A DNA stretch of 64,000 nt, taken from contig OZ220744.1 in the NCBI GenBank assembly GCA_965116925.1, positions 1,664,001-1,728,000 on the forward strand. Direction: 5' to 3'. Shown piece after piece: positions 37,511 to 47,029 of this stretch. The position numbers were made by a program, and so were the translations under genes. Position 1 is the first letter of the stretch. Each line of letters opens with the position of its first letter. Source of the stretch: Candidatus Poribacteria bacterium (lineage in GTDB: Bacteria; Poribacteria; WGA-4E; PCPOR2b). A model generated the notes under the pieces. The model was not told where the DNA came from. It worked only from the letters and a program-made list of their open reading frames with translations, and searched no databases.

Positions 37511-39238
37511 TCATGCCCCCAGAACTTCATTCAGTAAGCCTTCGCTTTTTCGCTCAAGTGCTAGCATTTCATCGGCAATCTCTTTGAGTGAGCGGAGCGG
37601 CGTGTACTGGTAGAAATACCGATTGAAGTTGATTTCGTAGCCTACCTTATCTTTCTTTCGGTCTAGCCAACTGTCTGGTAGGTGTGGTTTGACTTCTCGA
37701 CGATAGTAATCGTCAATATCCTCTGTGAGGGGAACGCGCTCATGGTCTCGCAGTGCGGGATCTGGTTTTGGATTGCTTCGCTTGTCCCGGAGGATCTCTC
37801 CTGTCTCCCCGTCGATTAGCGGTCTCTCAACCTGCACTTTTGTGTAGCCGAAAAAGTCGTTTGGATAGATTTTGGAGTGTTCGGTCTCTTCAAAGTTGGT
37901 GTACAGTTCGGCTATTTGACGGATATGGGTGTTAGAAATAAAAACGCTCTTGTCTCCGAGATTCCTTTTCATCTTATCGAAGAAATCGACGGCGTTAATC
38001 AATTGAATTTTATCTTGCCGTGCCTCCGATTTTCGGTTCGTCAAGATCCAGATGTAGGTGGAGATACTGGTGTTGAAGAATAGCTTATCGGGCAGTGCGA
38101 TGATACACTCCAGCCAGTCTTCTTCGATAATCGAACGTCGGATTTCGCTCTCACCGCTGCCGGCATCGCCTGTAAAGAGCGGTGAGCCATTAAAGACGAT
38201 TCCGACCCGACTGCCGCGGTCTTCCATCTTGGAGAGCATGTGTTGTAGGAACAGTAAGGCCCCGTCGGAGGAGCGCGGCGTACCTGCTGAAAATCTGCCG
38301 TTGGCGTTCTGTGCTTCCGCTTTCACCGCTGCTTCGTCGGATTTCCAACTGACGCCGAAGGGCGGATTTGTTATCATGTAATCGAATCGTTCCGTTTGAA
38401 ATTGGTCGTTGGAGAGGCTGGATCCGTGTCGGATAGCACCGGGGTTTTCATCTGTGATCAACATATCTGACTTGCAGATTGCGTAGGTCTGTGCGTTCAG
38501 TTCCTGACCTGACAGCCGGATAGTGGCATCTGGATTAATGTGTTCGCGGAAGTATTCTTTTCCAATGGTCAACATGCCGCCTGTGCCGCAACATGGATCG
38601 AAGATACTGCGTATAACCCCTTGTCCGCGAAGATCTTCGCTGTGCTCGGCAAATAGCAATGAGACCAGTAATCGCACGACATCCCGCGGCGTGTAGTGTT
38701 CCCCACTGGTTTCGTTGGACATCTCTGAGAATCGGCGGAGCAGCTCCTCAAAGACCTGTCCCATTGTGTGGTTGTCCACCTTGTTCGGGTGGAGATCTAC
38801 TTCGGTGAACTTATCGCAGAAGATGAACAGCCGGTTGTTATTGTGCAATCGCTCGATAAAGCGATCGAGATTGAAGTTTTCGATGATGTCGCGTACATCT
38901 TGGCTGAATCCGTTGAGGTAGTTCTCGAAGTTGAGGCGGATATTGTTCGGGTCCTCTTTCAGTCGGGATAGGTCGTATTGGGAGGTGTTGTAGAAGCTAG
39001 TGTCTGTCTCTCTTAGAATAATCGGCGGTAGCGCGTCTTCGGACACTTGGCTGCTGAACTGATTGTAGGTATTGATGGCTTTCTCTTTTCGGTCATCCTC
39101 GTCTAAGATGCAGTCCAATCGGCGCAGTACCAGAAATGGGAGGGTGATGTCGCCGTATTCGTGGGGTTTGAACAGTCCTCGCAGCACATCATCTGCCACA
39201 TTCCAAACCAGATTTGCGAGTTCTTGGTAGTTTGCCAT
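37511..39238 (-). CDS. hsdM: Type I R-M methyltransferase M subunit
   Basis: WNVADDVLRG, GEHYTPRDVV, DPCCGTGGM, GQELN, NPPF, NGSPLF.GDAGSGES. Confidence 0.95.
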   Translation of the reverse strand: MANYQELANLVWNVADDVLRGLFKPHEYGDITLPFLVLRRLDCILDEDDRKEKAINTYNQFSSQVSEDALPPIILRETDTSFYNTSQYDLSRLKEDPNNIRLNFENYLNGFSQDVRDIIENFNLDRFIERLHNNNRLFIFCDKFTEVDLHPNKVDNHTMGQVFEELLRRFSEMSNETSGEHYTPRDVVRLLVSLLFAEHSEDLRGQGVIRSIFDPCCGTGGMLTIGKEYFREHINPDATIRLSGQELNAQTYAICKSDMLITDENPGAIRHGSSLSNDQFQTERFDYMITNPPFGVSWKSDEAAVKAEAQNANGRFSAGTPRSSDGALLFLQHMLSKMEDRGSRVGIVFNGSPLFTGDAGSGESEIRRSIIEEDWLECIIALPDKLFFNTSISTYIWILTNRKSEARQDKIQLINAVDFFDKMKRNLGDKSVFISNTHIRQIAELYTNFEETEHSKIYPNDFFGYTKVQVERPLIDGETGEILRDKRSNPKPDPALRDHERVPLTEDIDDYYRREVKPHLPDSWLDRKKDKVGYEINFNRYFYQYTPLRSLKEIADEMLALERKSEGLLNEVLGA

Positions 39239-39273
39239 TTGCTTCCTTTTCTTGGGGGTGAATTTATTGTGGA

Positions 39274-39720
39274 GTCGAGATATGAATCTCGACCTACAGG
39301 CTGGTTACGGCATACGGAGTATGCCTATTACTATTAATTGAGATATGAATCTCGACCTACGGGCATGTCGATGATTTACTCTTGCTATACACATTGCGCT
39401 CCTCTGGAGCGCGGGGATTGGACCTATTGCCCTTCTATAGACATATCGCTCCTCTGGAGCGAAAACTGTACTATAAACATGTCGCCTCGCTGGGGCTTGG
39501 AGGAGGACGATTCGGCATTGCTATATACATGTCGCCCCTCACGGGGCTTTGATTTTATTAAGAGGGATACTTCAATTGGTCAATTATCCGCAATGCCCTG
39601 GCAAAACCTAACAGAATCTAACACTTTTGACAAAAGTTGGGGCTCCTTGCTCAACGGGTTGGGGGACCCAACCCCTACGGATTTAACCTCCCGTCTTCTC
39701 GTTCTCTCGTCTTCTCGTCT
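39274..39720. repeat. Repeat cluster at the right border of the R-M island
   Basis: GAGATATGAATCTCGACCTAC twice, REP at 39304, core of the 25574 repeat at 39387-39461, 211-bp repeat 39477-39687, short TCTCGTCT-type repeats. Confidence 0.85.
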
Positions 39721-40404
39721 TTATCCGGCCGCGGGGGCGATGCAGTCGGGGGAGTCGTTACTGGGTCGGTTGACGAGGCGCGAAACTGGGTAAGCCTCCA
39801 TATCTTCAGCGGGATACGCCGTGAGGAGCCCGTCTAGCTGTGTGGGGGATTGATCGCTCGGATCTAGCCATAGATTATAGGCGTCAGGTTCAAGGATAAC
39901 CGGCATCCGCCGGTGGATGGTCTCCATGAGGGAGTTCGGGGAGGTTGTGATGATTGTACAGGAGAGCAGCAGATCATCATCTATGTTTGGGGACCATGCC
40001 TCCCATAGCCCAGCGAAGGCAAACGGTTTTTCGGATTTGAGTCGAACGTAGATTGGGGTTTTGGATTTGCTATCCGGTTCGCTTCGCCATTCATAGAATC
40101 CATCGGATAGGATGAGGCACCGGCGTCGTTTGTAGGGTGTCCGAAACGAGGGTTTCTCCGCCAAGGTTTCGGCACGCGCATTAATCATGCGGTTACCTAT
40201 CTTAGGATCCTTTGCCCAAGACGGAATCAGTCCCCACCGGAAGAATTCCACCCTGTTCTCACCATTGTTTGCCACAACAGCAACCTGCTGAGAGGGGGCG
40301 ATATTGTAACGGGGGCTCATTTCATCGGCGGCGGGAGTTGTGAAGCCGGGAAAAGTTTCTGTCAATGTCTCAGGGTCTGTTTTCAATGTGAATCGTCCAC
40401 ACAT
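39721..40404 (-). CDS. SOS response-associated peptidase (SRAP/YedK/HMCES family)
   Basis: MCGRF N-terminus (catalytic Cys2), RYNIAPSQ, WGLIP.W, INARAET, GFYEW, IH.RMPVIL. Confidence 0.95.
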   Translation of the reverse strand: MCGRFTLKTDPETLTETFPGFTTPAADEMSPRYNIAPSQQVAVVANNGENRVEFFRWGLIPSWAKDPKIGNRMINARAETLAEKPSFRTPYKRRRCLILSDGFYEWRSEPDSKSKTPIYVRLKSEKPFAFAGLWEAWSPNIDDDLLLSCTIITTSPNSLMETIHRRMPVILEPDAYNLWLDPSDQSPTQLDGLLTAYPAEDMEAYPVSRLVNRPSNDSPDCIAPAAG

Positions 40405-40476
40405 GTTGGTCTCCTAAAAAATAGTACAAGTTGACATCTATGAGCAATTTCTCATTTCAATTGAAGCGAAGGACGG

Positions 40477-40788
40477 TCAGAAAACCTCATCGCTTTTTCC
40501 TATCCCCAGTTCGTTCATCAAAGCTCTGAGGGGTATACCGCGCTTCTGGGAGAGTTTAATCAATGCCTCAAGACGCTTTGCATTCATCTGCTCAACACTT
40601 TGCCAGAGGTTTTGCAGCTCAATTTCCTCGGATTGAGTCAACGTTTCCGCATGTAGTTTTCCTCGAAGCAAATCGAAGCGTCGTTGTTTTTGCAACGGCA
40701 GACGTGAGTTTTTTTCAATCTTTGCCAAGCAGATTGCTTCTTCTGTCATGTCTGTTGTTTTCGTTTCTCTGTTTTTTGCTGGTATCAT
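40477..40788 (-). CDS. Small helical hypothetical protein
   Basis: 103-aa ORF with RBS GGAG; LT.SEEIEL...E.MNAKRLEALI.LSQ.RG helical pattern. Confidence 0.65.
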   Translation of the reverse strand: MIPAKNRETKTTDMTEEAICLAKIEKNSRLPLQKQRRFDLLRGKLHAETLTQSEEIELQNLWQSVEQMNAKRLEALIKLSQKRGIPLRALMNELGIGKSDEVF

Positions 40789-40910
40789 TCATTACTCCAG
40801 CCATAGGGGTAAAAAATAATGTGTAAAATTTTTCCTTTACGCATCACGTATTATTCATTGTTAATCATATCATAACATTAGTTAATTTCCCGGTGAAAAC
40901 ATATCACGTT

Positions 40911-42344
40911 TCACGCATCACGTTTCACTCTTACAGTGTGCCAAGGTGTAGCTTGCTCATAAGCGTGGGCTATCTGAAGCAGTGTTTTTTCGGACCACCA
41001 GGGACCGGTAATCTGTAACCCGACAGGCAAGCCTGTTTTGCTATCGGAATCTTCAACCTGCACAAAGCCACACGGCACGGAGATTGACGGTAAACCGAGC
41101 AGGTTAATCAGACGGGTGTTCCGGGTCAAGCGTGGACGGATGCGATTGGACTCGCTGCCACCGGACAAATCATGGGTGCTCCTAAGCGGCGCCGGAACCG
41201 GGGCGGTTGGCGATAGAATACAGTCAACTCCTTCAAATGCACCCACAAAATCGCGTTTGACGATTTCCCGGACGCGCACCGCTTCCACGTAATCTGTAGC
41301 CGACAATTCCAGCCCCTGTTCAAGTAATTCACGCACATCAACGCCATAATCCTCTCTATGTGCTGCGAGGCGTTCCTGATGAAATTGACCGGCTTCCGCT
41401 GTCAAGAGCGTCAACGTTACCTCATGCCCCGCCTCCGCAGATGACAGATCGAGTTCAACAATTTCTACTCCCAATCCTTCTAGGACTTTAATTGCTTCAC
41501 CGACGGTTCGCTCAACTTCTGGATCAACGCTATTGAAGAAATGCTGCTTTGGCACCCCTGCTCTACGTCCACGGATGGGTTGATCTATCCCATCAGCGTA
41601 GTCCGGCACAGGTCGGTTTTCGCTGTGTACATCGCGAGGATCGTAACCGGCAAGGACATTCATCATCAGTGCGGCATCGTGAACATAGCGGCACATGGGT
41701 CCTACAGTATCGAGGGACTGTGCCAGTGCAAGTACACCGTGAACACTGGTGCGTCCGAAAGTTGGTTTCAATCCCACATGTCCACACACCGCCGCCGGGA
41801 TACGTATCGACCCTCCGGTATCGCTGCCCAATGCACCGGCACAGCAACCCACAACAACGGCTGCCGCTGAACCTCCGCTCGACCCGCCCGGCACCCGCGC
41901 AGTATCCCACGGATTCGCAGTTGCCCCAAAGTGCGGATTTTCTGTCGTTACGCCGAAAGCAAATTCATGCAGATTGGTTTTGCCGATAATGATTGCCCCG
42001 GCATCTCTCAGTTTGGTGACGAGTGCAGCATCGAACTGTGGCGATTCGTCCGAAAAGAAGTTTGAACCGGCTGTGCTGCGGGTGCCTTCAACGTAGATTA
42101 TATCCTTGAGGGCGATGGGTATCCCGTGCAGCGGACCGAGATCTTTCCCGTTTCTTATCTCCACCTCTGCTTGTTTAGCACTTTGGAGACTCTCCTCACG
42201 AAACAGTGTGATGAAAGCGTTCAACTGTGGCTCGCACTGATCAATTTTTTCAAGCGTCGCTTCAATGAGTTCGACGGGAGAGATTTTCCCTTTGCGGATC
42301 TGTGTCGCCATTTGAGCGATTGATGCGTGAAGAATATCGTCCAT
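40911..42344 (-). CDS. Amidase signature family protein
   Basis: LHGIPIALKD, GKTNLHEFA, PGGSSGGSAAAV, GSDTGGSIRIPA; no gatB/gatC nearby. Confidence 0.92.
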   Translation of the reverse strand: MDDILHASIAQMATQIRKGKISPVELIEATLEKIDQCEPQLNAFITLFREESLQSAKQAEVEIRNGKDLGPLHGIPIALKDIIYVEGTRSTAGSNFFSDESPQFDAALVTKLRDAGAIIIGKTNLHEFAFGVTTENPHFGATANPWDTARVPGGSSGGSAAAVVVGCCAGALGSDTGGSIRIPAAVCGHVGLKPTFGRTSVHGVLALAQSLDTVGPMCRYVHDAALMMNVLAGYDPRDVHSENRPVPDYADGIDQPIRGRRAGVPKQHFFNSVDPEVERTVGEAIKVLEGLGVEIVELDLSSAEAGHEVTLTLLTAEAGQFHQERLAAHREDYGVDVRELLEQGLELSATDYVEAVRVREIVKRDFVGAFEGVDCILSPTAPVPAPLRSTHDLSGGSESNRIRPRLTRNTRLINLLGLPSISVPCGFVQVEDSDSKTGLPVGLQITGPWWSEKTLLQIAHAYEQATPWHTVRVKRDA

Positions 42345-42355
42345 TGGGACCTCCG

Positions 42356-42946
42356 TTAGCCCTTAACAAACTCAACGATGACGGCAATAATTATACCAAC
42401 CCAAACCGGAATCATCAGGCCAATCGTCCACCTGAGGTTATCTCGAATATCTTTGCTCAAGCTAGCGTAAGTATTAGTGATATCTTTATTCAAGCTAGCC
42501 TGAGTATCAGTAATATCTTTACTCAAGCTAGTGTGAGTATCAGCGATATCTTTACTCAAGCTAGTGTGAGTATCAGTAATATCTTTACTCAAGCTAGCGT
42601 AAGTATCAGTGAGACGTGCCTCAAGTAAGCTCATCCGCTCCTCAATCGAAATCATTCGATTTTCTACAGAAACGATGCGATTTTCTACAGAAACGATGCG
42701 ATTTTCTACAGAAACAATACGATTTTCTAGGGAATCTATACGTGCATCGAGTGTACTAAACCGCTCGTTTACCTGATCTAGCGCGCCGCGCAAGTAGTTC
42801 TGTTCTTTGACAACCTCCAACAATATTTCACCGTGTTGTTGGAGAATTTCACTATGTCTCTGAAGCACCTCACCATGCTGCTGAAGCATGCCTCTGTTCT
42901 GTTGAACGATATTTTTGATTTCCGTGATTTCGGGATTGGTGTTCAT
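42356..42946 (-). CDS. Repetitive coiled-coil protein with C-terminal membrane anchor
   Basis: QQHGE.L heptads, SVENRIV heptads, five DT.(T/A)SL.KDI. 11-mers, hydrophobic C-terminus. Confidence 0.8.
   Translation of the reverse strand: MNTNPEITEIKNIVQQNRGMLQQHGEVLQRHSEILQQHGEILLEVVKEQNYLRGALDQVNERFSTLDARIDSLENRIVSVENRIVSVENRIVSVENRMISIEERMSLLEARLTDTYASLSKDITDTHTSLSKDIADTHTSLSKDITDTQASLNKDITNTYASLSKDIRDNLRWTIGLMIPVWVGIIIAVIVEFVKG
42447..42611. repeat. Five tandem 33-bp coding repeats
   Basis: Unit ATATCTTTACTCAAGCTAGTGTGAGTATCAGTA at 42447, 42480, 42513, 42546, 42579. Confidence 0.92.
42657..42729. repeat. About 3.5 tandem 21-bp coding repeats
   Basis: Unit CGATTTTCTACAGAAACGATG. Confidence 0.9.
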
Positions 42947-43025
42947 GCAAGCCTCCTTTTGATAGAGTGCATTGTATCAACTGTTAGTCTATCGGTCAAC
43001 GATAAATGGGCAACCATCCCTCGAA

Positions 43026-43829
43026 TCACGCCTCACGTTTTAAGAGTGCTTCTGCGTTTGGACGGATTTGTGTCAGATCTTCCGACCGACTCAGTTCGTA
43101 CATAAACACCCCCGGATACTCAATCTCATCCAATGCGCTCACAACACCAGCGAAGTCAACGGTGCCGCGCCCCGGCAGGAGGTGTTCGTCCCGCTCGCCG
43201 TGATTATCGTGCAGGTGCAAAGTGATGAGATGTTCACCGATGGTCCGTAGAGCTTCCACCGGATCGCCACCGATATTACGATGCCCCGTGTCAATAACGA
43301 CACCTACATTCGGGACATCCAAATCTGTCATCAGTTCGACAAGCCGTATGGGGTCGCCGGTATAACCTCGCGGCACGTTTTCCAACGCAAAGGAAACCTC
43401 TCTGGGGGCAGCGTATTCTGCGACGGTGCGGAGATTATCGAGAAATGCCGTCCGCTTTTCCGTGTGGAGTGGTTCATCAGGCTCAGGAATCCGGATATGA
43501 TGCGTCACGAGAATTCCACCCCCTAAAACCTCCATGGCATCCACTGCTTGACGATAGGCGATCAGCGTTTTATCTCGTTGTGCGGTGTCGAGCGTTGCGA
43601 AGTCATAATCGTCGAATATCTCTAGATGGATGTGAAGCGAATTGAGATGCAACGATAGATCTTCCATCGCTAAACGCAACGCCGTAAACGTCTCAAGATC
43701 CGTATACGAAAAATCGGGATGATAATCTGTCAATTCCAGCGATTCGATGCCTGCCTGCTGGAATTCACGGAAGAGTGTCCAGTTCAGGGGGCGGTCACGA
43801 TGGAGTATGGTTGAAGCACCAATTTTCAT
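43026..43829 (-). CDS. Sugar phosphate isomerase/epimerase TIM-barrel protein
   Basis: ALENVP, DTGH, HLHDNHGERDEHLLPG.G, YE metal-ligand pattern. Confidence 0.88.
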   Translation of the reverse strand: MKIGASTILHRDRPLNWTLFREFQQAGIESLELTDYHPDFSYTDLETFTALRLAMEDLSLHLNSLHIHLEIFDDYDFATLDTAQRDKTLIAYRQAVDAMEVLGGGILVTHHIRIPEPDEPLHTEKRTAFLDNLRTVAEYAAPREVSFALENVPRGYTGDPIRLVELMTDLDVPNVGVVIDTGHRNIGGDPVEALRTIGEHLITLHLHDNHGERDEHLLPGRGTVDFAGVVSALDEIEYPGVFMYELSRSEDLTQIRPNAEALLKREA

Positions 43830-44013
43830 AGTGGTTTTCCTTTCCTTGTTTGGAGGTATGGCAAGAAGTCGGGATTCGGAGATCCCTCCTACGGGAGAAT
43901 TAAATGACCCTAAATTACTGGATTATTGAATCAATTTCTGGTAAACTTCCCCCAATCATTGAACCGTCTAAAATTTCAAAATCTTTGGAAAGTCGGTAAA
44001 AATTGGAGGACAC

Positions 44014-44904
44014 ATGCAGAAAATTATACTCGATACAGACATTGGCGATGATATTGACGATGCGCTCGCTTTGGCTTTTGCAATCATGAACGGAAAAATT
44101 GATATACTCGGCGTGACAACGGTGTTCAAAAATGCAGTGCAGCGCGCAGAATTGGCGTGCTGTCTGCTGGAAGCGTTAGGGCGAACAGATATCCCCGTCT
44201 ATGCAGGGATCGGCAAGACCCTGCTGCAATCTATTCCAGATTGGGAACAGGTTGCAGCCAATCATCGTCCACGTCAAATGGAGGTTCTAAAGAAACAGCA
44301 GCCATCAATTCAACCGAAGCCGGGTAGTGCCGTTGATTTTATTGTCGATACAGTGATGGCAAGCGACGGAGACATCACACTTGTGCCAATTGGTCCCTTC
44401 ACAAACATTGCGGCGGCATTCACCATAGAACCACGTTTAGCACAGAAAACGCAGATCGTTATGATGGGAGGCGCGACGGACCGTGTACGCCCGGAGTGGA
44501 ACGCGCTCTGCGACCCCGAGGCGACGCGGGTTGTTTTCGGTACAGGGGTGCCAATTACGATGATTGGACTTGATGTCACGACGAAGTGTGTCATGAGCTA
44601 CGAACAGGTAAAAACCATCGGGTCGGTAGACCGCCCGATTAACCAGATCTGTTTTGAGTTAATCCATCTATGGGGCGGCGATAATCCGGAACCACGTCCC
44701 ACTCTCCACGACCCGTTAGCGGTAGCAACCCTGATCGATCCCACCCTCTGCGAAACACGCGAGATGCGAATTGAGGTTGAAACGCGGGCTGATCATCTGC
44801 GCGGTGCAACAGTCCCGATCGCTGGCGAACCGAATACCTCTGTCTGCACCTCGGTTGATGCAATTCGGTTCATGGATCACTTTGTCAAAACATTGACGGC
44901 GTAA
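44014..44904 (+). CDS. Nucleoside hydrolase (IU-NH family)
   Basis: ILDTDIGDDIDDALAL, IGPFTNIA, EWNALCDPEA, GLDVT, LHDPLA. Confidence 0.92.
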   Translation: MQKIILDTDIGDDIDDALALAFAIMNGKIDILGVTTVFKNAVQRAELACCLLEALGRTDIPVYAGIGKTLLQSIPDWEQVAANHRPRQMEVLKKQQPSIQPKPGSAVDFIVDTVMASDGDITLVPIGPFTNIAAAFTIEPRLAQKTQIVMMGGATDRVRPEWNALCDPEATRVVFGTGVPITMIGLDVTTKCVMSYEQVKTIGSVDRPINQICFELIHLWGGDNPEPRPTLHDPLAVATLIDPTLCETREMRIEVETRADHLRGATVPIAGEPNTSVCTSVDAIRFMDHFVKTLTA

Positions 44905-44922
44905 AAAACTGAGCAACAAATT

Positions 44923-45040
44923 GGCTTATGTAAAAATAGAGTGCAATTACGGTGAACGTGTTAAGGGCGGGGAAACCAGATGCCCCGCCTACGGTTTTTG
45001 AGGTAAATCAATGCTGTTGCACTAATTCCTAACATGAGCC
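44923..45040. mobile_element. Family E MITE-like repeat
   Basis: GGCTTATGTAAAAATAGAGTGCAA ... TTGCACTAATTCCTAACATGAGCC inverted ends; internal GGCGGGG..CCCCGCCTAC palindrome. Confidence 0.7.
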
Positions 45041-45063
45041 AACAAATTAATCGTGTTATGTTT

Positions 45064-45441
45064 TCACCGGCGACGATTCCGTTCCTGATAAAGCAGCTCC
45101 ATCAATTTTGGCACGTCAGGGTTATCCGGCTCCAAGCGCATTACTTCTTCGCCTGCGGCAATCGCTGCGTCAAGCATCCCCACGTTGTAATACGCCCAAC
45201 CGAGTGCTGCATGGATTATTGCAGCATCTGGGTCTAAGTGCAATGCCTGCTGATATTGCTCAATCGCTTCGCGATACCTCTTTTGTTTCAGATAGATATT
45301 CCCCTGTTCAAAGTATGGGTTGCCGCGATTCGTAATCTGAGGTTCTTTTGTTCGTTCCGATTGATACGCTGCCCCGCAGCTGATAAAAAATAAAACCGAA
45401 AACCACATTGTGCATTTCAACCACAGCTTCATCCTAGCCAC
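45064..45441 (-). CDS. TPR-repeat putative lipoprotein
   Basis: Hydrophobic leader ending FISC; two TPR units (YFEQG..Y...AIEQYQQAL.LDP; LGWAYY..G...A). Confidence 0.78.
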   Translation of the reverse strand: MARMKLWLKCTMWFSVLFFISCGAAYQSERTKEPQITNRGNPYFEQGNIYLKQKRYREAIEQYQQALHLDPDAAIIHAALGWAYYNVGMLDAAIAAGEEVMRLEPDNPDVPKLMELLYQERNRRR

Positions 45442-45657
45442 CTCTCTCCCTTGAATAAGATAGCATTGTCAATGATCTATGTCAATCTGAAAGCCAAATT
45501 TACGCTAGGCAATAATAAAGAACGAGGGGAAAGCTACTTTAATTTCCTTGAATGATAACTTGTGTTTTCCATAGACTTATGATATTATAAGCCTAATACT
45601 CAACATCGTAATTATTGGTATGAATAATTTATGAACCTTTTATGGGGAGGAAGCGCG

Positions 45658-46287
45658 ATGGGAAAGATTAATACACTGGTGTTTGCTGGCGGTGCGGTTC
45701 ACGATTGGAAAGGGTGTAGTGAAGCGATAATTGACTACTTATCACAACGGGATGAATTTGAGATTACCAAAGTAGAGGAAGACCTCGATGCCCTGGTTGC
45801 CCCGAATCTTGATCCGTATGACCTGATTGTTTTCTATTACACGATCGGAGAAATCACAGACGCCCAAAAGAACGGCTTGCTAAATCATATCGGTTCGGGC
45901 AAAGGTTATGTCGGGGTACACTCCGCAGCCGATTCGTTTCGAGGGTGTCCTGAATATAGGGCGATGGTCGGCGGCTATTTTGTCACGCACCCACGTTATC
46001 GAGATTATCAGGTAAGCATCGTAGATACCGAGCACCCAATCACCGAAGGCCTCGACGAGACGATGGTTACGGATGAGCAGTATATCCTTGACTACGATCC
46101 CCGTAACCACGTACTCGCGTCGGCGTTGTGGCAGGGCGATGCGGTGCCTGTCGCATGGACAAAAAGTTGGGGAGAGGGTCGCGTATTCTATCTAGCATTG
46201 GGACACGACGCCAAAGCCTGTGAGCATGAGATATTTGGGACGCTTCTGCAACGGGGCGCACTTTGGGCAGGGACGCCCGGTGAATAA
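45658..46287 (+). CDS. ThuA domain protein
   Basis: HDW, GYVGVHSAADSF, GG.F.THP, HPITEGL, DEQY, GRVFYLALGHD; RBS GGAGG. Confidence 0.85.
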   Translation: MGKINTLVFAGGAVHDWKGCSEAIIDYLSQRDEFEITKVEEDLDALVAPNLDPYDLIVFYYTIGEITDAQKNGLLNHIGSGKGYVGVHSAADSFRGCPEYRAMVGGYFVTHPRYRDYQVSIVDTEHPITEGLDETMVTDEQYILDYDPRNHVLASALWQGDAVPVAWTKSWGEGRVFYLALGHDAKACEHEIFGTLLQRGALWAGTPGE

Positions 46288-46387
46288 TTGGCACGGCTCT
46301 TAAACGCCGAAATTTCCGGATTGGCGTTTTGCACGGTTTCTTTGCGGGAGAAGCGATCTTGTAGATTCGTTCTGTCTACCCATTCTG

Positions 46388-47029
46388 ATGAAAAAGCGGC
46401 TTACGGACATCCAAATAGATGAGGAAACACCTTCACGCCGAATCCTTTTCCTTGACGGAGTGTATTTTGACAGCGTTGATGCGGGCTGCATCCCCAAGCT
46501 CGGCTTGCGAGTTGGACTAGAGATTGAGGCGGAGGTGCTCCAAAAGCTAATCCAAGCAGACGAAGGAATGCGAGCGAAGAATTACGCCCTTGAGCTGCTA
46601 TCTAGCCAGAGCTATAGCAAGAGTCAGATGGCCCACCAACTTGGTCAGAAAGGCTTTGGGACAGAGGCAATCGACATAACACTAGAAGACCTAGAGCAGC
46701 TTGGCCATATCAAAGACGAAAACTTCGCTAAAAAGTGGGTAACACGCCGTCAACGTTCAAAGCCGAAAGGCAAAAAGCTATTGGAACACGAATTAACGAA
46801 TCAGAGCATAGACAAAACCACCGTAGACCGTGTGCTTGCGGGGATTCACGATGCGGAGGAAACAAAAATAGCATTGCAATTGGCACGAAAACAGGTAAAG
46901 CGCTACCAATCACTCGCACCAGAGGTTGTGAAACGCCGGCTGCACGGTTTTCTACTCAGGCGCGGATTTGATTATGAGACGATTCAGAGTGTAATTAAGC
47001 GAGTGTTGATCAAAGGAAATGGACAATGA
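46388..47029 (+). CDS. recX: Regulatory protein RecX
   Basis: AL.LLS, L..LG.I.DENFA..WV, G...L.HEL, FLLRRGF repeats; coupled to alaS. Confidence 0.85.
   Translation: MKKRLTDIQIDEETPSRRILFLDGVYFDSVDAGCIPKLGLRVGLEIEAEVLQKLIQADEGMRAKNYALELLSSQSYSKSQMAHQLGQKGFGTEAIDITLEDLEQLGHIKDENFAKKWVTRRQRSKPKGKKLLEHELTNQSIDKTTVDRVLAGIHDAEETKIALQLARKQVKRYQSLAPEVVKRRLHGFLLRRGFDYETIQSVIKRVLIKGNGQ

Noticed and set aside
39338..39793. 151-aa plus-strand ORF (and 37200..37388)
   Set aside because: Composed almost entirely of repeat-cluster sequence and overlaps the SRAP 3' end.
40911..42344. Calling the amidase gatA
   Set aside because: No gatB/gatC adjacent and no GatA-specific segments recognised; left as a generic amidase.
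42447..42729. 33-bp and 21-bp repeats as a CRISPR array
   Set aside because: Units are head-to-tail with no unique spacers, are multiples of three and lie in frame within a CDS; no cas genes in the window.
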